Shown piece after piece: positions 26,306 through 38,765 of a stretch of DNA of 64,000 nucleotides. Within the stretch, counting starts at the first letter, position 1. Each line of letters starts with the position of its first letter. A model generated the notes under the pieces. That model was not told where the DNA came from, did no database searches, and saw nothing but the letters and a program-made list of their open reading frames with translations. The DNA comes from Mobula hypostoma. Lineage: Eukaryota. Position numbers and translations under genes: made by a program. The stretch lies in the NCBI RefSeq assembly GCF_963921235.1, contig NC_086109.1:7628001-7692000 (forward strand). The letters are read 5' to 3'.

Positions 26306-27814
26306 TTAAAAAAACAGACCATAGACCTTGTTAATAATCTGGAACAAATTACTTCTGTTTAGGAATAAAGCCTGCATTATTTGGAGAGTTGAACCACCTG
26401 GACTGACTTATGCTCCAGGAGAAGAGGAGGTGAGCAGCGAAGGAGGTGAGAAAAGGAGGTTCACGAAGATACCGACCTGCTGCTTTGAGATAGATGATTT
26501 CACCGCAGCCTTGTACAGTGAACCCACCTCCCCCTCCTCCTGAAAACACAAGAGGTTCTGCAGCTGTTGGAAATCCAGAGCAACACACACAAAATGCTGG
26601 GGGAGCACATCAGGTCAGACAGCATTGATGGAGAAGAGAGCTCCTCATGCAACATTCAACAAAGAATCCACGTCACTGGACCTTCACCAAATCAGAAGAG
26701 AAATAGGAGAGGTAGGCCATTTGGACCCCTATGTCCTGTCCCAACATCCAATATGATCATGACTGATCTGTCCCAGGTCTCTCTTGGTGGCTCTCCTCTC
26801 TCTCTGCACTCACCCCTCTCTCTCTTTGTCTATCTCATTCTCACTTTCCCTTCTCACTCTATTTCTTTCTCCTTCTCTCCACTTTGACTATTCCATCTGT
26901 CTCTCTCTCCCTCTTACACCCTTTCCCTCCAAACTTTCTCTTTCCTTCTCTTCTCCACCTTCAACTGTTCCATCTGTCAACCTCTCTGACTGTATCTCTC
27001 ATTCTCTCTCTCTCTCTCTCAGTCTTTTGCTCTCCAATCTCTCTCTTCCTTTATTTTTATATTCCAAAGAACCTAGATTCCCACAAGACATTCTGAGATA
27101 CCACACTGAGTTGTAGACCACAAACTGTCTTTTGTACACCAGTCTGCCCAGCTCCTTCAGTTAGTCAATGTAAAGAGAGTTGGTTTACTCTTCCTGCAGG
27201 TACTGTTACACACCAACACTCTTCTTTCTCAACAGCACAGGTACGCAGCTGTGCAATAACCAAAATGCTCCTGCGCACATACCTTTGTTGCCACACAGCT
27301 GGAATTGGACACAGCTAGAAAAAGTTTACGAAACCGGAAAGATTTTCTTTGTTGTGCTGTATTTCATTTTACCCTTCAATTACTAAACAAAATCAAAAGT
27401 ATATGATTTTTCAATTTTCTTTCTAAATATTCATAGCATATTACAAAAAATTATTTAATGTGCCACACAATTTTCAGGCCATGTCAAAATCTCCTGCTTA
27501 AAACAACAATTGGTCTGCACAGGTGTATAAAGTTACAACCAACCATCAAAATAGTATGTAACCAGTTTCCTTTGATGTTCAATGCATAGTCATCCATAAA
27601 TCCTCTACCTTGTGTCATTCATTAAATCATTCAGAGATGGGGCGCCGTTATTACCTGCCTCCTGTTTTCCCCTGAGAAGATGGTGATGAAACAACTTTTT
27701 GAATCATTACAATCCTTCTGGTGAAGGTGCTGTTGGGTCAGGAGTTCCTGGATTCAGATCCAGTGGCAATGAAGGACCAGTGAAATATTTCCAAGTTCAG
27801 CTGCAGGTGACACT

Positions 27815-28676
27815 GTGTACATACATCTATTGATGCTTCTGGACACATCTTCAGTGATGTTCCTGGAATCATCGGGTGTTTCGGGTCTTTCAACATCATA
27901 CAACCTCCTCCAGGTGACCCAGCCGGGGCTGATCAGACCCCAGCTTGTGTCCAGATGGCTAGCTACTTATGACTCCATGGCTCCCCTCTTTTGAGCCACA
28001 GCCATCTTGAGGCCCTCTCTGCCGCATCGGTGGTACTGCGGATGGCTCTCCTCTTCCTCTCTCCCTCGATGCCCAAAATGCTGAAGGCTGTAACTAAGGA
28101 ACGGGCTACGAATCCCCTACAACCACCCTCCACTGGGAGACACCTCGCTCTCCATCCAGCCTGCTGACAGTTGCTGACCAGTCCTGCGTACTTGGAGAGC
28201 TTCCTTTCAAAGGCCTCTTCCAAGCGATCTTCCCATGGGACTGTCAGCTCCAGCAGCACCACTTGCTTAGTAGACTCAGACACTAGGACAATGTCTGGTC
28301 GCAGGGTGGTGGCTGCGATGTGGTTGGGGAACTTCAGCTGTCCTTCGAGGTCCACCAACAGCTGCCAGTCCCTTGCAGAGGTCAGAATGCCTGCAGATGT
28401 TCTTTTGGCAGGTATTGGCTGCTCCCCAGCTCTGACAAAGACAATGGTCTGCTTGGAGGGTCGGGATCGCTTCGCCCACTCAACTCCTGCGCTGACGGCT
28501 TCAGCGATGGTCTTCAGAACCTGATCATGCCTCCACCTGTACCGTCCCTCACCAAGTGCCCTTGCGTAGCCGCTGAGGGTTCCTCGCTTGGAGCACAGTG
28601 GGCACGCAGATGACTCTGCCTTGCCCCATGTGTGCAGGTTTGATGGGCTTGGAAGCACATCGTACACTGCCTGGAT
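27815..28676 (-). mobile_element. 5'-truncated Hero-like (R2 group) non-LTR retrotransposon: zinc knuckle, REL endonuclease and 3'UTR
   Basis: ORF 27963-28667 (234 aa) contains CPLC, YRWRHDQVL, LRPDIVLVS, LLELTVPWE and ERKLSKY. Confidence 0.85.
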
Positions 28677-28897
28677 AAAATGATACTTCAGCTTAAGGTA
28701 GTGAAGCTGGTAAAAGTATTGTTCTGTGAGCTCATTTTAAAGTGGATTAGAGTGGATTAATGATTTATGAGCAAGACTGGCCTCCCCCTGTGTTAACTCA
28801 GTTGAAACAACACTCACAGTGCAGCACCAGAAAACTATCGTGTCAGAGGAGAATGCTGTAATCATGTCTCTCATGTCTCTTAGAGAGATATTATATC

Positions 28898-28962
28898 TGT
28901 GTGTGTGTGTGTGTGTGTGTGTTTGTGTGTGTGTGAACGTTTGTATGTGTGTGTGTGAATGT

Positions 28963-29010
<48 letters not shown>

Positions 29011-29111
29011 ATGTGTGTGTGTGTGTGAATGTATGTGTGTGTGTGAACGTATGTATGTGTGTGTGTGAATGTGTATGTGAGTGTGTGTGTGTGTGTGTGT
29101 GTGAATGTGTA

Positions 29112-29145
<34 letters not shown>

Positions 29146-29180
29146 ATTGTGTATGTGAGTGTGTGTGTGTGTGTGAATGT

Positions 29181-29224
<44 letters not shown>

Positions 29225-29319
29225 ATGTGTGTGTGTGTGTGAATGTATGTGTGTGTGTGAATGTGTATGTGAGTGTGTGTGTGTGTGTGTGTGTGAATGT
29301 GTATGTGAGTGTGTGTGAA

Positions 29320-29351
<32 letters not shown>

Positions 29352-29355
29352 TGTA

Positions 29356-29393
<38 letters not shown>

Positions 29394-29412
29394 TGTATGT
29401 GAGTGTGTGTGA

Positions 29413-29451
<39 letters not shown>

Positions 29452-29539
29452 TGTATGTGAGTGTGTGTGTGTGTGTGAATGTATGTGTGTGTGTGAATGT
29501 GTATGTGAGTGTGTGTGTGTGTGTGTGTGTGAATGTGTA

Positions 29540-29580
<41 letters not shown>

Positions 29581-29630
29581 ACGCGTGAGTGTGTGTGTGA
29601 CTGTGTGCGGGCACGCACATGTGTATGCGT
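28898..29630. repeat. Compound (GT)n satellite with higher-order units
   Basis: GT runs punctuated by recurring GAATGTGTATGTGAGT, GAATGTATGT and GAGAGAGAGAAT motifs; explains the His/Thr and Cys/Val ORFs. Confidence 0.95.
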
Positions 29631-30521
29631 GAACACCGATCATTGTAAGGTGCTCTGGTGGGTTAAGGAAGCAGTTGGCATAATTACACCTGCGGACGTG
29701 TCTGTGACACTGCCCCGATATTCATCTCAGAACAGATTGACTCAGAACCATTCCTGTGTGTCTGTTTGACATCCTATCCTGCTCTTGTGCCTGTTTGGCT
29801 GGTTATTGAACAAGCGGACAAAATTCTGCCGGTGTCCGGGAAGAGGCTTCCCTTGTCCCTGTGGAGAAAAGACCAGGGAAGCCTTTACCGCTGCTGTTGA
29901 CCGCCTGGCTGCCAGCGAGCAGGCAGTCTATAATGAAGCGGGCGACTCAGGTTTGATTACCTCCCAGAGCCGTTACAGCGGTGGGCTCTGGCCCGGTGAT
30001 CTGACCACTGTACGGCAAACACAGAGAGGTGTCTTATGAGCTGTTGTATTAGCAGAATCTGTTTGCCGAGCACTCCGAGATTGACTTTCCTGATTTAATC
30101 ACTGCAGACTATTTGCTCAGGCGGTGCTTTAAAAGGAGACTGATCCATCGCATGCACCCCACTGATGTCAGAAATGCCAGAGAAGCTCATTTCATAGATG
30201 GCCTCCTTCATCTGAGCCGGTTCCTGAAGTACAGAGCGAGAAGCCACCACGAGGATTCAGTGGAAAACGACCACAGTACAGGGATCTCCCTCTACTGGGC
30301 ATGTAGGGGCTGGGCTGGCTGAGGAAGCCCCTCAATTACCCTTTTAATTTTCCTTATCTCGTTTTTATTTAGAGATATAACGTTGAACAGGGCCTTCTGG
30401 CTCAGTGAGCCGTACCACTCAGCGACCCACCTATTCAATCCGAGGCAACACACGCAAAATGCGAGAGGAAGTCAGCAGCCTCAGGCAGCATCTATGGAAG
30501 TGAATAAACAGTCGACGTTTC

Positions 30522-30837
30522 AGGGCCGGCTGGCGGCGCAATGACAGCAGCGCCGGACTCTGGAACAGAGGTTCCCGGGTTCAAATCCAGCCGGGGCAGC
30601 CCCCAAGTACGCTTTCCATCTGTGCTGGGTCGAGTGCCAAGATCGCAACTCAACCTCGTGAAATAAAGGGATAAAATACTGCGAAGTGGCTGTGTGAGGA
30701 GTGGCGCGCCACACAGTCTCTCTCTCTCTCTCTCTGTACCTTGTAAAGGCATGAAAAAGACATCGTCCCGCCAACATCGCGCGCACGCACAGACACACGC
30801 ACGCACGCACGCACATGCCAAAAAAAAATTTTTTTTA
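30522..30837 (+). mobile_element. tRNA-derived SINE inserted into a minus-strand Penelope terminal repeat
   Basis: A-box-like TGGCGGCGCAATG, B-box GGTTCAAATCC; TSD AAACAGTCRACGTTTC at 30506-30521 and 30838-30853. Confidence 0.8.
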
Positions 30838-31482
30838 AAACAGTCAACGTTTCGGGCCAATTCCCTTCGTTGGTACTGGAAAGGAATGGGGAAGATGCCA
30901 AAATAAAATGTAAATCCCAGGTTCCAATAGTAGCAGAATCATATTTGAAAGAAGAAGAGATAACCAAAGTAGTGAACTGTCTGAGGGATCTCACCTTTGG
31001 TCACATTGTTCACTGGCCTCCGAAGTTACTGAGCCATTTGTCATTAACAGCAAGGAACATGAGCCGCTGAAGGAAACGTGATCCATTTTTCTGGATGAGG
31101 AACCAAGTCCGACCATAAGCACAGGAATCCAGAACTTGGTGGGTGGCTATTACAATAGAAGATAGGAGGAGGAGGCTGCACAAAGTCAAAAGTCAAAGTA
31201 AGTCTATTATCAAAGTATAAATATGTCACCATATTCATTTTCTTGTAAGCATTTAGAGCAGAATTTATGAAAAAATATAAATAAGAAAAGACTGACAAAC
31301 AACAACTGTGCAGAAGAAGAGAAATTTTGCAGATAAACATAATACTGAGGACACAAGTTGCAGTGAGAGCCTATAGGTAGCTGAAGCTGTGCCTGAGTCT
31401 GGTCGTCTGGGCTTTCAAGCTCCCATATCTTCTCCCAGAAGGTGGAAGAGAGGAAAGGGAAGGGCCAGAGTGACAGGCATCC

Positions 31483-31698
31483 CTGTGGATGAAAACGCCT
31501 TGTTAATAAGAGAGGCCAAGACTGGTCCAAGCTGACAGGAAGGCGACAGTAACTCGGATAACCACGTGTTGCAACAGGAGTGTGCAGAAGAGCATCTCTG
31601 AATGCACAGCATGTTGAACCTCGAAGTGGATGGGCTACAGCAGCAGAAGACCTCTGCAGGTTCTACTCCTGTACCTATTAAAGTGGCCTCTGAGTGCA
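31483..31698 (+). mobile_element. Tc1-type element right end with TIR
   Basis: Homologous to 15415-15650; ends GTACCTATTAAAGTGGCCTCTGAGTGCA, approximately the reverse complement of the TIR at 14311. Confidence 0.75.
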
Positions 31699-32590
31699 GA
31701 CAAACTTCAGATTCATTTACAGTTAAATAAAAGAATACAGTATGAAAACTGAACGTAAACAAAGACTGACAAATAACCAATGTGCAAACGAACATTGTGT
31801 AGTGGACTGGTAAAAGTATCTTGCAGATCTGGTGCAATTAAGCTAAATAATGGACGTCCATGTCAAGCTGCAGGTTCTCGGATGTTCAGGTACACGCTGT
31901 CACCTGATATTGTGATCGGGGACCGAAACAGAAAATGCTGGAAGACTCAACCAGTTGAGCAGCATCTATGCAAGGAGAAAATCGTTGACATTTTGCACTT
32001 CCTCAGAACAAGTCCGACTTTTCTTTTCACAGGTGCTGCTGCTTGACTGGCTGAGTCCTTCTAGCATTTTCAATTTTGGTTTCTGATTCCAGCATCTACA
32101 GTTTTATTTGTATTCCATTCTTACAACGGTACAGGCCCTTTGTACAACGATGTTGTGCCGACTTTTTAACCTATTCCATGGTCATTCTAATCCTAACAAA
32201 GGGTCTGATCCTGAAACATCAATTCTTTATTCCTTTCCACAGTTGCTCACTTGCCTTCTGGGCTCTCAGGCATTTTGTGTGAGTCACTATCGGTCTAACC
32301 CTTCTCTCCCACTTAACCCTCATCCATGCGCCTATGAGCGGGAAATCCTGCAAAGGTAGTGGATTCACCCCAGTGCATCATGGGTAAAGCCCGCCCAACC
32401 ATCGAGCACATCTACATGAAATGGTGTCATAGGAAAGCAGCATCCGTCATCAGAGATCTCCACCACCCAGGCCATGCTCTTTTCTCGCTGTTGCCTTCAG
32501 GTAGAAGGTACAAGAGACTCAGGACTTGCACCACCAGATTCAAGAACAGTTATTACCCCTCTACCATCAGGCTCTTGAACAAAGGGGATA

Positions 32591-32930
32591 CTACTACTAC
32601 TACGTCGACTCAGGCCTAGGGGGCCGGCGTCGGGCACGATGACGGACTCTCCACTTCTCCCTCTCCCTCATCAGTGTGTTCAGTTCATCTACATCAGCCG
32701 CGCCGCTGTCTTCTAGGAGCGTGTTGACCATAGTCTTGGGATGGCGCCCAGGGTTCATCCTCCCGTGCTTGGGCTCCCATATGATGACCAGGCTGGCAGG
32801 TAGCTCGGGTGGCGTAGACAGTGCCCCGCTAGTTCCAGTCTTCTCGCCTCGATTTTAGTGGTGAGCATCGGTAGATTGTTATAGAGCTCAAAGTTCGTCA
32901 TGTGCTGTTGCCAATTCACATCAAGAGCCA
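32591..32930 (-). mobile_element. Young RTE-clade LINE 3' fragment
   Basis: Open minus frame ALDVNWQQHMTNFELY...RRLELAGHCLRH...WEPKHG...GRHPKT...LMREREKWR, (TAG)n tail, TSD AAAGGGGATA at 32581-32590 and 32931-32940. Confidence 0.85.
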
Positions 32931-35146
32931 AAAGGGGATAACTACACTAAACTTGCCCCATCATAGAAATGTTCCTACAACTAATGATCTCACTTTAAGA
33001 ATTCTTTATTTCATTATCTCATGTTCTCATTATTTATTGCTATTTATTCATATTTATTTATATTGCATTTGCACAGTTTGTTGTCTTCTGCACTCTAGTT
33101 GATCTTTCATTGATCCTCTTATAGTTACTGTTCCGTAGATTTGCTGAGTATTCCCACAGGAAAATGAATCTCGGGGTTGTATATCATGAGGAGAACGTAC
33201 AAACTCTTTACAGACGGTGGTGGGAATTGAACCCGGGTCACTGGGTTAACATTAACTGCTACGTTATCATGCTGCTCCTGTGGGCACCAATTCTGGGCAT
33301 ATCAGGAAGTATGAAAAGACTGGAGAAGAGATAATCAAAAAAAAGCATGAAATCTAAGGAGGTATAAAAATACAACCACAGATTCTGAAAATCTGAGATA
33401 AAAACTGAAAATTCTGGAAACACTCATCAGGTCAGTCAGCATCTGTGGACAGGGAAAGAAGAGCAAATGCTTCAGATCAGGCATCTTCTCCCAGTTCTGT
33501 GTAATGTCACTAAGGTGTCCTTACAGTGGTGTATAAAATCATGACTTTCATAGATAGGGTGAATACACTCGGTCTTTTTTCCAGAGTTTTGGAATGAAGA
33601 ACTAGATGGCATAGGCTTAAGATGATTGGGTTTAGTCAGAGGGTGGTGAATCTGTGGAATTCATTCCCACAGGCAGCTGGGTGTATTTAAGGTGGAGGTT
33701 CATATGTTCATGATTAGTCAGGGAATGAAAGGTTACGGGGAGAAGGCAGGAGAATGGGGTTGAGAGGAAAATGGATCAGCCATGACGAAATGATGAAGCA
33801 GACTCGATGAGCCAAATGCTCATATAACTTATGGTCTTGTGGAGAAGGGAGAGATTAATAGGAACGTGAGGGGCAACATTTTTTACATAAAGGGTGGTAT
33901 CCATGTGGAATGAGCTGTTAGAGAAAGTGGTTGAGGCAGGTACAATAGACAAGTGGGCAAGTCCATATGTAGATTGGAAAGGTTTAGAGTGTAATGGGTC
34001 AAATGTTGTCAAATGGGACTAATTAGTCAGCATGGAGCAGTTGGGCCGAACGGCATGTTTCCACACTGTCTAATTCCATCTGTGCATCTGTGACACTCAG
34101 TGTACTTCCAGTTTTTGAGTCAGAAAGCAACAAAGATGCACAGTACAGAAAATGCCCTTTGTCCAGAATTGGCTATTTTTACTTAGGCAATTGGAAATTC
34201 TCAGTGAGTCAGCATTTCCAGTCAGTGACCTTTCACCTCGCCCTGAACTGTTAAGAGCTTCTATATTTATTACAGATTTCCACCATGCTCGCATATGAGG
34301 CTTTTTTTTTGCCTTAGAAAAATCATTAGGAACTTTTTTACTTAGGCAATGCAGAGAATGAGGGAATTCAGTTCTAAGGCACAATCAGAATCAGTGGCAT
34401 GTGTTGTGAAATTTGTGGCAGCAGTACATTGTAATGCACAATAATAAAAATGTTACATTAGAGCAAGCAGTATATATAAAATCAAGTTAAATAACATAAA
34501 TGGTGCAAAAAGTGAAAAAAAAGTAGTGAGCAGTGTTCATGGGTTCAATGTCCATTCAGAAATCTGATGGCAGAAGGGAAGAAGCTGTTCCAGAATTATT
34601 GAGTGTGTGCCTTCAGGTTTCTGTACCTCCTCGCTGATGGTGGCAATGAGAAGAGGGCACGTGCTGGGAGATGGGGGTCCCTAATGATGGAGACTGCCTT
34701 TTTGAGACATCGCTCCTTGAAGATGTCCTGGACTCTAGGGAGGCTAGTGCCCATGACGGAGCTGACAGAGTTTACAACTTTCGGAAACTTACTTCGATCC
34801 TGTGCAGTGACCCCCATCCATACCAGACAGTGACGCAGCCAGTTAGAATGCTCTCCCCGGTACATCTATAGAAATTTGTGAGAGTCTTTGGTGACATCAA
34901 ACCTGATCAAACTCCTAATGAAATATAGCTGCTGTCGTACCTTCTTTGTAACTGCATCGATGTGTTGGGCCCAGGATAGATATTTGATCCCTTGATGAGG
35001 ACTGTTGTGTGTTCCTTTTTCTTACCCTTCGTGTGGTTCTTGGCAGAATATGATCTCCGGAAGTTGGTTCCAGATAAAAGAGTATTGGGATTGAAAATAG
35101 TGAAAAATTGTGCAAGAATGTGTGGCTTTATGAGAATAGGACATAC

Positions 35147-35354
35147 GATGATGATGATGATAATGATGATGATGATGATAATGTTGATGATGACAACGAT
35201 GATGATGATGACGATAATGATGATGATGATAATGACATTGACGATGGTGATGATGATGACGACAATGATGATGATGACGATAATGATGATGATGATGATA
35301 ATGATGATGATAATGACATTGATGATGGTGATGATGATGGTAACGACGATGATG
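35147..35354. repeat. Imperfect (GAT)n trinucleotide repeat
   Basis: GAT/GAC/AAT triplets with an internal duplicated block GATAATGACATTGAYGATGGTGATG; source of the poly-D, poly-M and poly-S ORFs. Confidence 0.95.
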
Positions 35355-36463
35355 TGATCTGGTGTATATAGAGAGATGCCATTGTTAGTTCTTACGGGAG
35401 TTGATGAAGTTAGCTATTGTCTGATTGTAATGTGGGAGGTGCTGGAATTCCGATGCAGTACAGTAGCTTAACTAGAATGATTTCTACTGGTCTTGTGCCT
35501 GAACCAAAGATAACTGCTGAAAATTATTGGCAAAATCCATTTGGATGCTGAATAGATGGACCAACTTGGGCAGCTGAATTAAAGACAATGTTGGAGGAAC
35601 TCATCAAGTCAGGCGATAGCTATGGTGGGGAATAAACAGTTGATGTTTTTAGACCCTCAGACAAAAACATCAGCGGTTTATTCCCTTCCATAGATGTTGC
35701 TTGACTTGCTGAGTTCCTCCAGCATTTTGTGCGCTCCTCAAGATTTTCAGTATCTGCAGAATCCCTTGTGTTTATATAACATTGCTTTGTTAAGTATCTA
35801 GAAGCCTGGAGTAATAAGTTTAAACTCCACCATTTCAAAGCGGTTCAATTAACTGCATCAAAGTTGGATTTATTGTTATCTGTAGAAGTCAATTTATTCA
35901 CTGTTACAATGAAATATTTGCAGCAACATCACAGACACAAAGGATCAGATACTCAACATTAACAAGAAAAATATAAACACAAATTATATGCAATTTGTAA
36001 CATAATTTTTACAAAAAAGTAAACATCAACTGTTTATATAAAATGAAATGTTTCCAATGGTGGGGGAGTCTTGGACTAGAGGGCACAGGCGGCATGGTAG
36101 CCTGGTGGTTAGCACATCGCTTAACAGTACAGGCAACCTGGGTTCACTTCCCGCCACTGCCTGTAAGGAGTTTGTACGTCTCCTCATGATCATGTGTGTT
36201 CCCTTTGGGTGCTCTGGTGTCCTCCCACAGTCCAAAGACCTACTGGTTGGTAGGTTAATATGTCATTGTAAATCGTCCAGTGATTAGGCTAGGGTTAATT
36301 TAGCGCGGTTGTAGCACAGCACAGCTCAAAGGGCTGGAAGGCCATTTCCGTGCTGTATCGCAATAAATAATAAGGGAAAGGAATAAATCCCTTTAGAACA
36401 GAGATGAGAAGGAACTTCTTTAGCAATAAGCAGAAAGGTGTGAGGTCATTACGAGGTAGATTA

Positions 36464-37275
36464 TAGGTAGATAGATAGATATACTTTATTGATCCCAAGG
36501 GAAATTGAGTTTCGTTACAGCCGCACCAACCAAGAATAGAGCATAAATATAGCAATACAAAAATCACAAACAATCAAACAACAATATGCAAACTATGCCA
36601 GATGGAAATAAGTCCAGGACCAGCCTATTGGCTCAGGGTGTCTGACCCTCCACGGGAGGAGCTGCAAGTTCGATGGCCACAGGCAGGAACAACCTCCCAT
36701 GCTGCCCAGTGTTGTATCTCGGTGGAATATGGCCAGAGTCCAACAGTAAAAAGTTCAATATCCTGTCTACAATCACATTCCTCAATCGTAATATGACCAG
36801 GATTGCACCATCCATTGTTAACCAGAACGGCAAGCCCCCAACTCCTTTACGCTTACTGCTCTCAGTGCACTTCAGGTCAGCCCGAACAGTCTGGAAGCCA
36901 TCCATGGAAAAGTTTTGATCGGGTATGCCCTCATGCAGCCCCGTTTCAGTAAAACACATAACACTGCTCTCCCGAAATGTTCTCTGACGCCTGGCTAGCG
37001 CCGTCAACTCGACCATTTTATTACCCACCGAACTCCTCTTCTCCATAAGTCTCTGTTGTCTCAACCCGGTCCTCTTTCCTCGCCTTTGTGATCCCCCTTT
37101 AGATCCTCTGTGTGTTTTCCTCCAGATTTCAGCAGGGGTGTCCACAGCTCTGTTCGCTAAACCGGCCGGCATAAGCGCAATCAGCTGGTCCCTGGAATAA
37201 ACAATGCGACCATACTGCTGCCCCGCTAACGAGATGTGTCCGAATGTAACTATTTCCAGCGCTAAAAACCAGGTC
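36464..37275 (-). mobile_element. Internally deleted Rex1/Babar-type LINE (APE endonuclease start fused to 3' end)
   Basis: IVYSRDQLIAL...GNKMVEL...VMCFTET.LHE.IPD...RAD (APE N-terminus) runs directly into PPRYNT..HGRLFLPVAI (RT C-terminus), then AATAAA and an (ATCT)n tail. Confidence 0.75.
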
Positions 37276-38072
37276 AAGAATCCATCTTGTTGTACTGGGG
37301 GACCGTTCAATAGTCTTCCAACAGTGGTGTAGAAACTGTCTGTGAGCCTAGCAGTACATGCTTTTAGGGTTTTGTAAAAGTGATGCGATGGTTTGGAGGA
37401 GGACGTCCGGGGTGGGAGAGGTCTTTGATTATGCCGAGGCAGTGAGAATTTTAGACAGTATCCATGGAGGGGTGGCTGGTTCCTGAGATGTCCACAGAGA
37501 GTGTTCACAACTCTCTACAGTTTCTTGTGGTCACTGGCAGAGTGGTTGTCAATCCAAGCATTGGTACATCTCGGTAGGATGCTTTCTACGGTGCATTGAT
37601 TAAAAGTTTCAGAAAGGTCGGCTGTCATTTTTCTGACCTCTATTTCTGCACAATCTCAGGAAATGGGCTCATCCTGCTCTAATTCCCCATATCCAGGAAA
37701 CAACCTGATACACAAGGCTTAACGTCAGGTATGGCAAAACTGGTAGGTTGTGGTAAAGTCCCATCTAATTCAGGGAGAGATCTACCATCTTTGCCCATTC
37801 TGACCAACACAAACTCCAGATTCAAAGCAGTTTGCCTAACATTTTAAAGTTCAAAGTGAATGTATTATCAAAGTATGTATAGGTCACCATATACAACCCT
37901 GAGATTCTTCTGTTTGCAAGCATTCACAGTAGAACAAAGAAATACAATAGAATCAATGAAAAACTATAAATAACAAAGGCCGACAAACAACCAACGTGCA
38001 AAAGAAGACAAATTGTGCATATCATAAAGAAGTAAATAATTAATACTGAGAACACGAGTTGTAGAAAGTGAA

Positions 38073-38765
38073 TCATGGCACAAGAGGAAGACATGGATTG
38101 ATATGTCGGAATGGGAATGGGAATTGGGATTAAAATGTTTGGGCACCGGGAAGTTCTGCTGTTGGCAGATGGAGCGAACATGTTCGAAGAAGCGGTCCCC
38201 CAATTGACGATAGCTCCCACCAATGTAGAGGAGGCCACATCGGGAGTACCGTGTACAACAGACAACCCAAGCAGGCTTGCAGGTGAAGTGTTGCCTCACC
38301 TGGAAGAAACTGTTTGAGGCCCTGAATGGAGGTGAGGGAGGAGGTGACTAGGCAGGTGTGGCACTTTGGCCACTTGCAGGGGTAAATGCCAAGAGGGGGA
38401 TTAGTGCAGGGGACGTATGGACAAGGAAAACACGGAAGGAGCGATCCCTGCAGAATGCAGACAGGGGGAGAGAGGTAAAGATACATTTGATGGTATGATC
38501 CCTGTGGAGAGTGATGTGTTGGACGTGGAGGCTCATATGTTGGTAGATAAAGACAAGGGAATCTCTTTCTCTGTTAAGGTGGGACAAAGATGGGGTCAGC
38601 TCGGATGTTCAGGAAATGGAGGTGATGCAGGTGAGTCAGCATCAATGGTGGAGAAAGGTAAAACATTGTCCCTTGTAGAAGAAGGACAACTCTGATGTCC
38701 TGGACAGGAAAGGCATATCCTGGGAACAGGTGCAGCGGAGACAATGGAACGGAGAAGAACCTTTT
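38073..38765 (-). mobile_element. Penelope-like element fragment, GIY-YIG endonuclease with Cys-rich linker
   Basis: Frameshifted PCKWPKCHTC linker, then HFTC...VVCCTRYSRCGLLYIG..RQLGDRFFEH...PVPKHFN..SHSHSD. Confidence 0.85.

Noticed and set aside
26478..26545. Minus-strand exon candidate after TTGTGTTTTCAG
   Set aside because: The acceptor is supplied by a Penelope terminus and the peptide is unrecognisable
27840..27920. Hammerhead-like words (TGATG, GAAAC, CTGAAGA) in the Hero 3'UTR
   Set aside because: Order and stems do not assemble into a hammerhead three-way junction
28737..29769. Long His/Thr-rich and Cys/Val-rich ORFs (up to 299 aa)
   Set aside because: Translations of the GT/CA satellite, open in most frames
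34992..35382. Poly-Met, poly-Asp and poly-Ser ORFs
   Set aside because: Translations of a (GAT)n repeat with no splice or domain context
36633..37508. 291-aa ORF as a host gene
   Set aside because: Chance read-through across two adjacent LINE remnants
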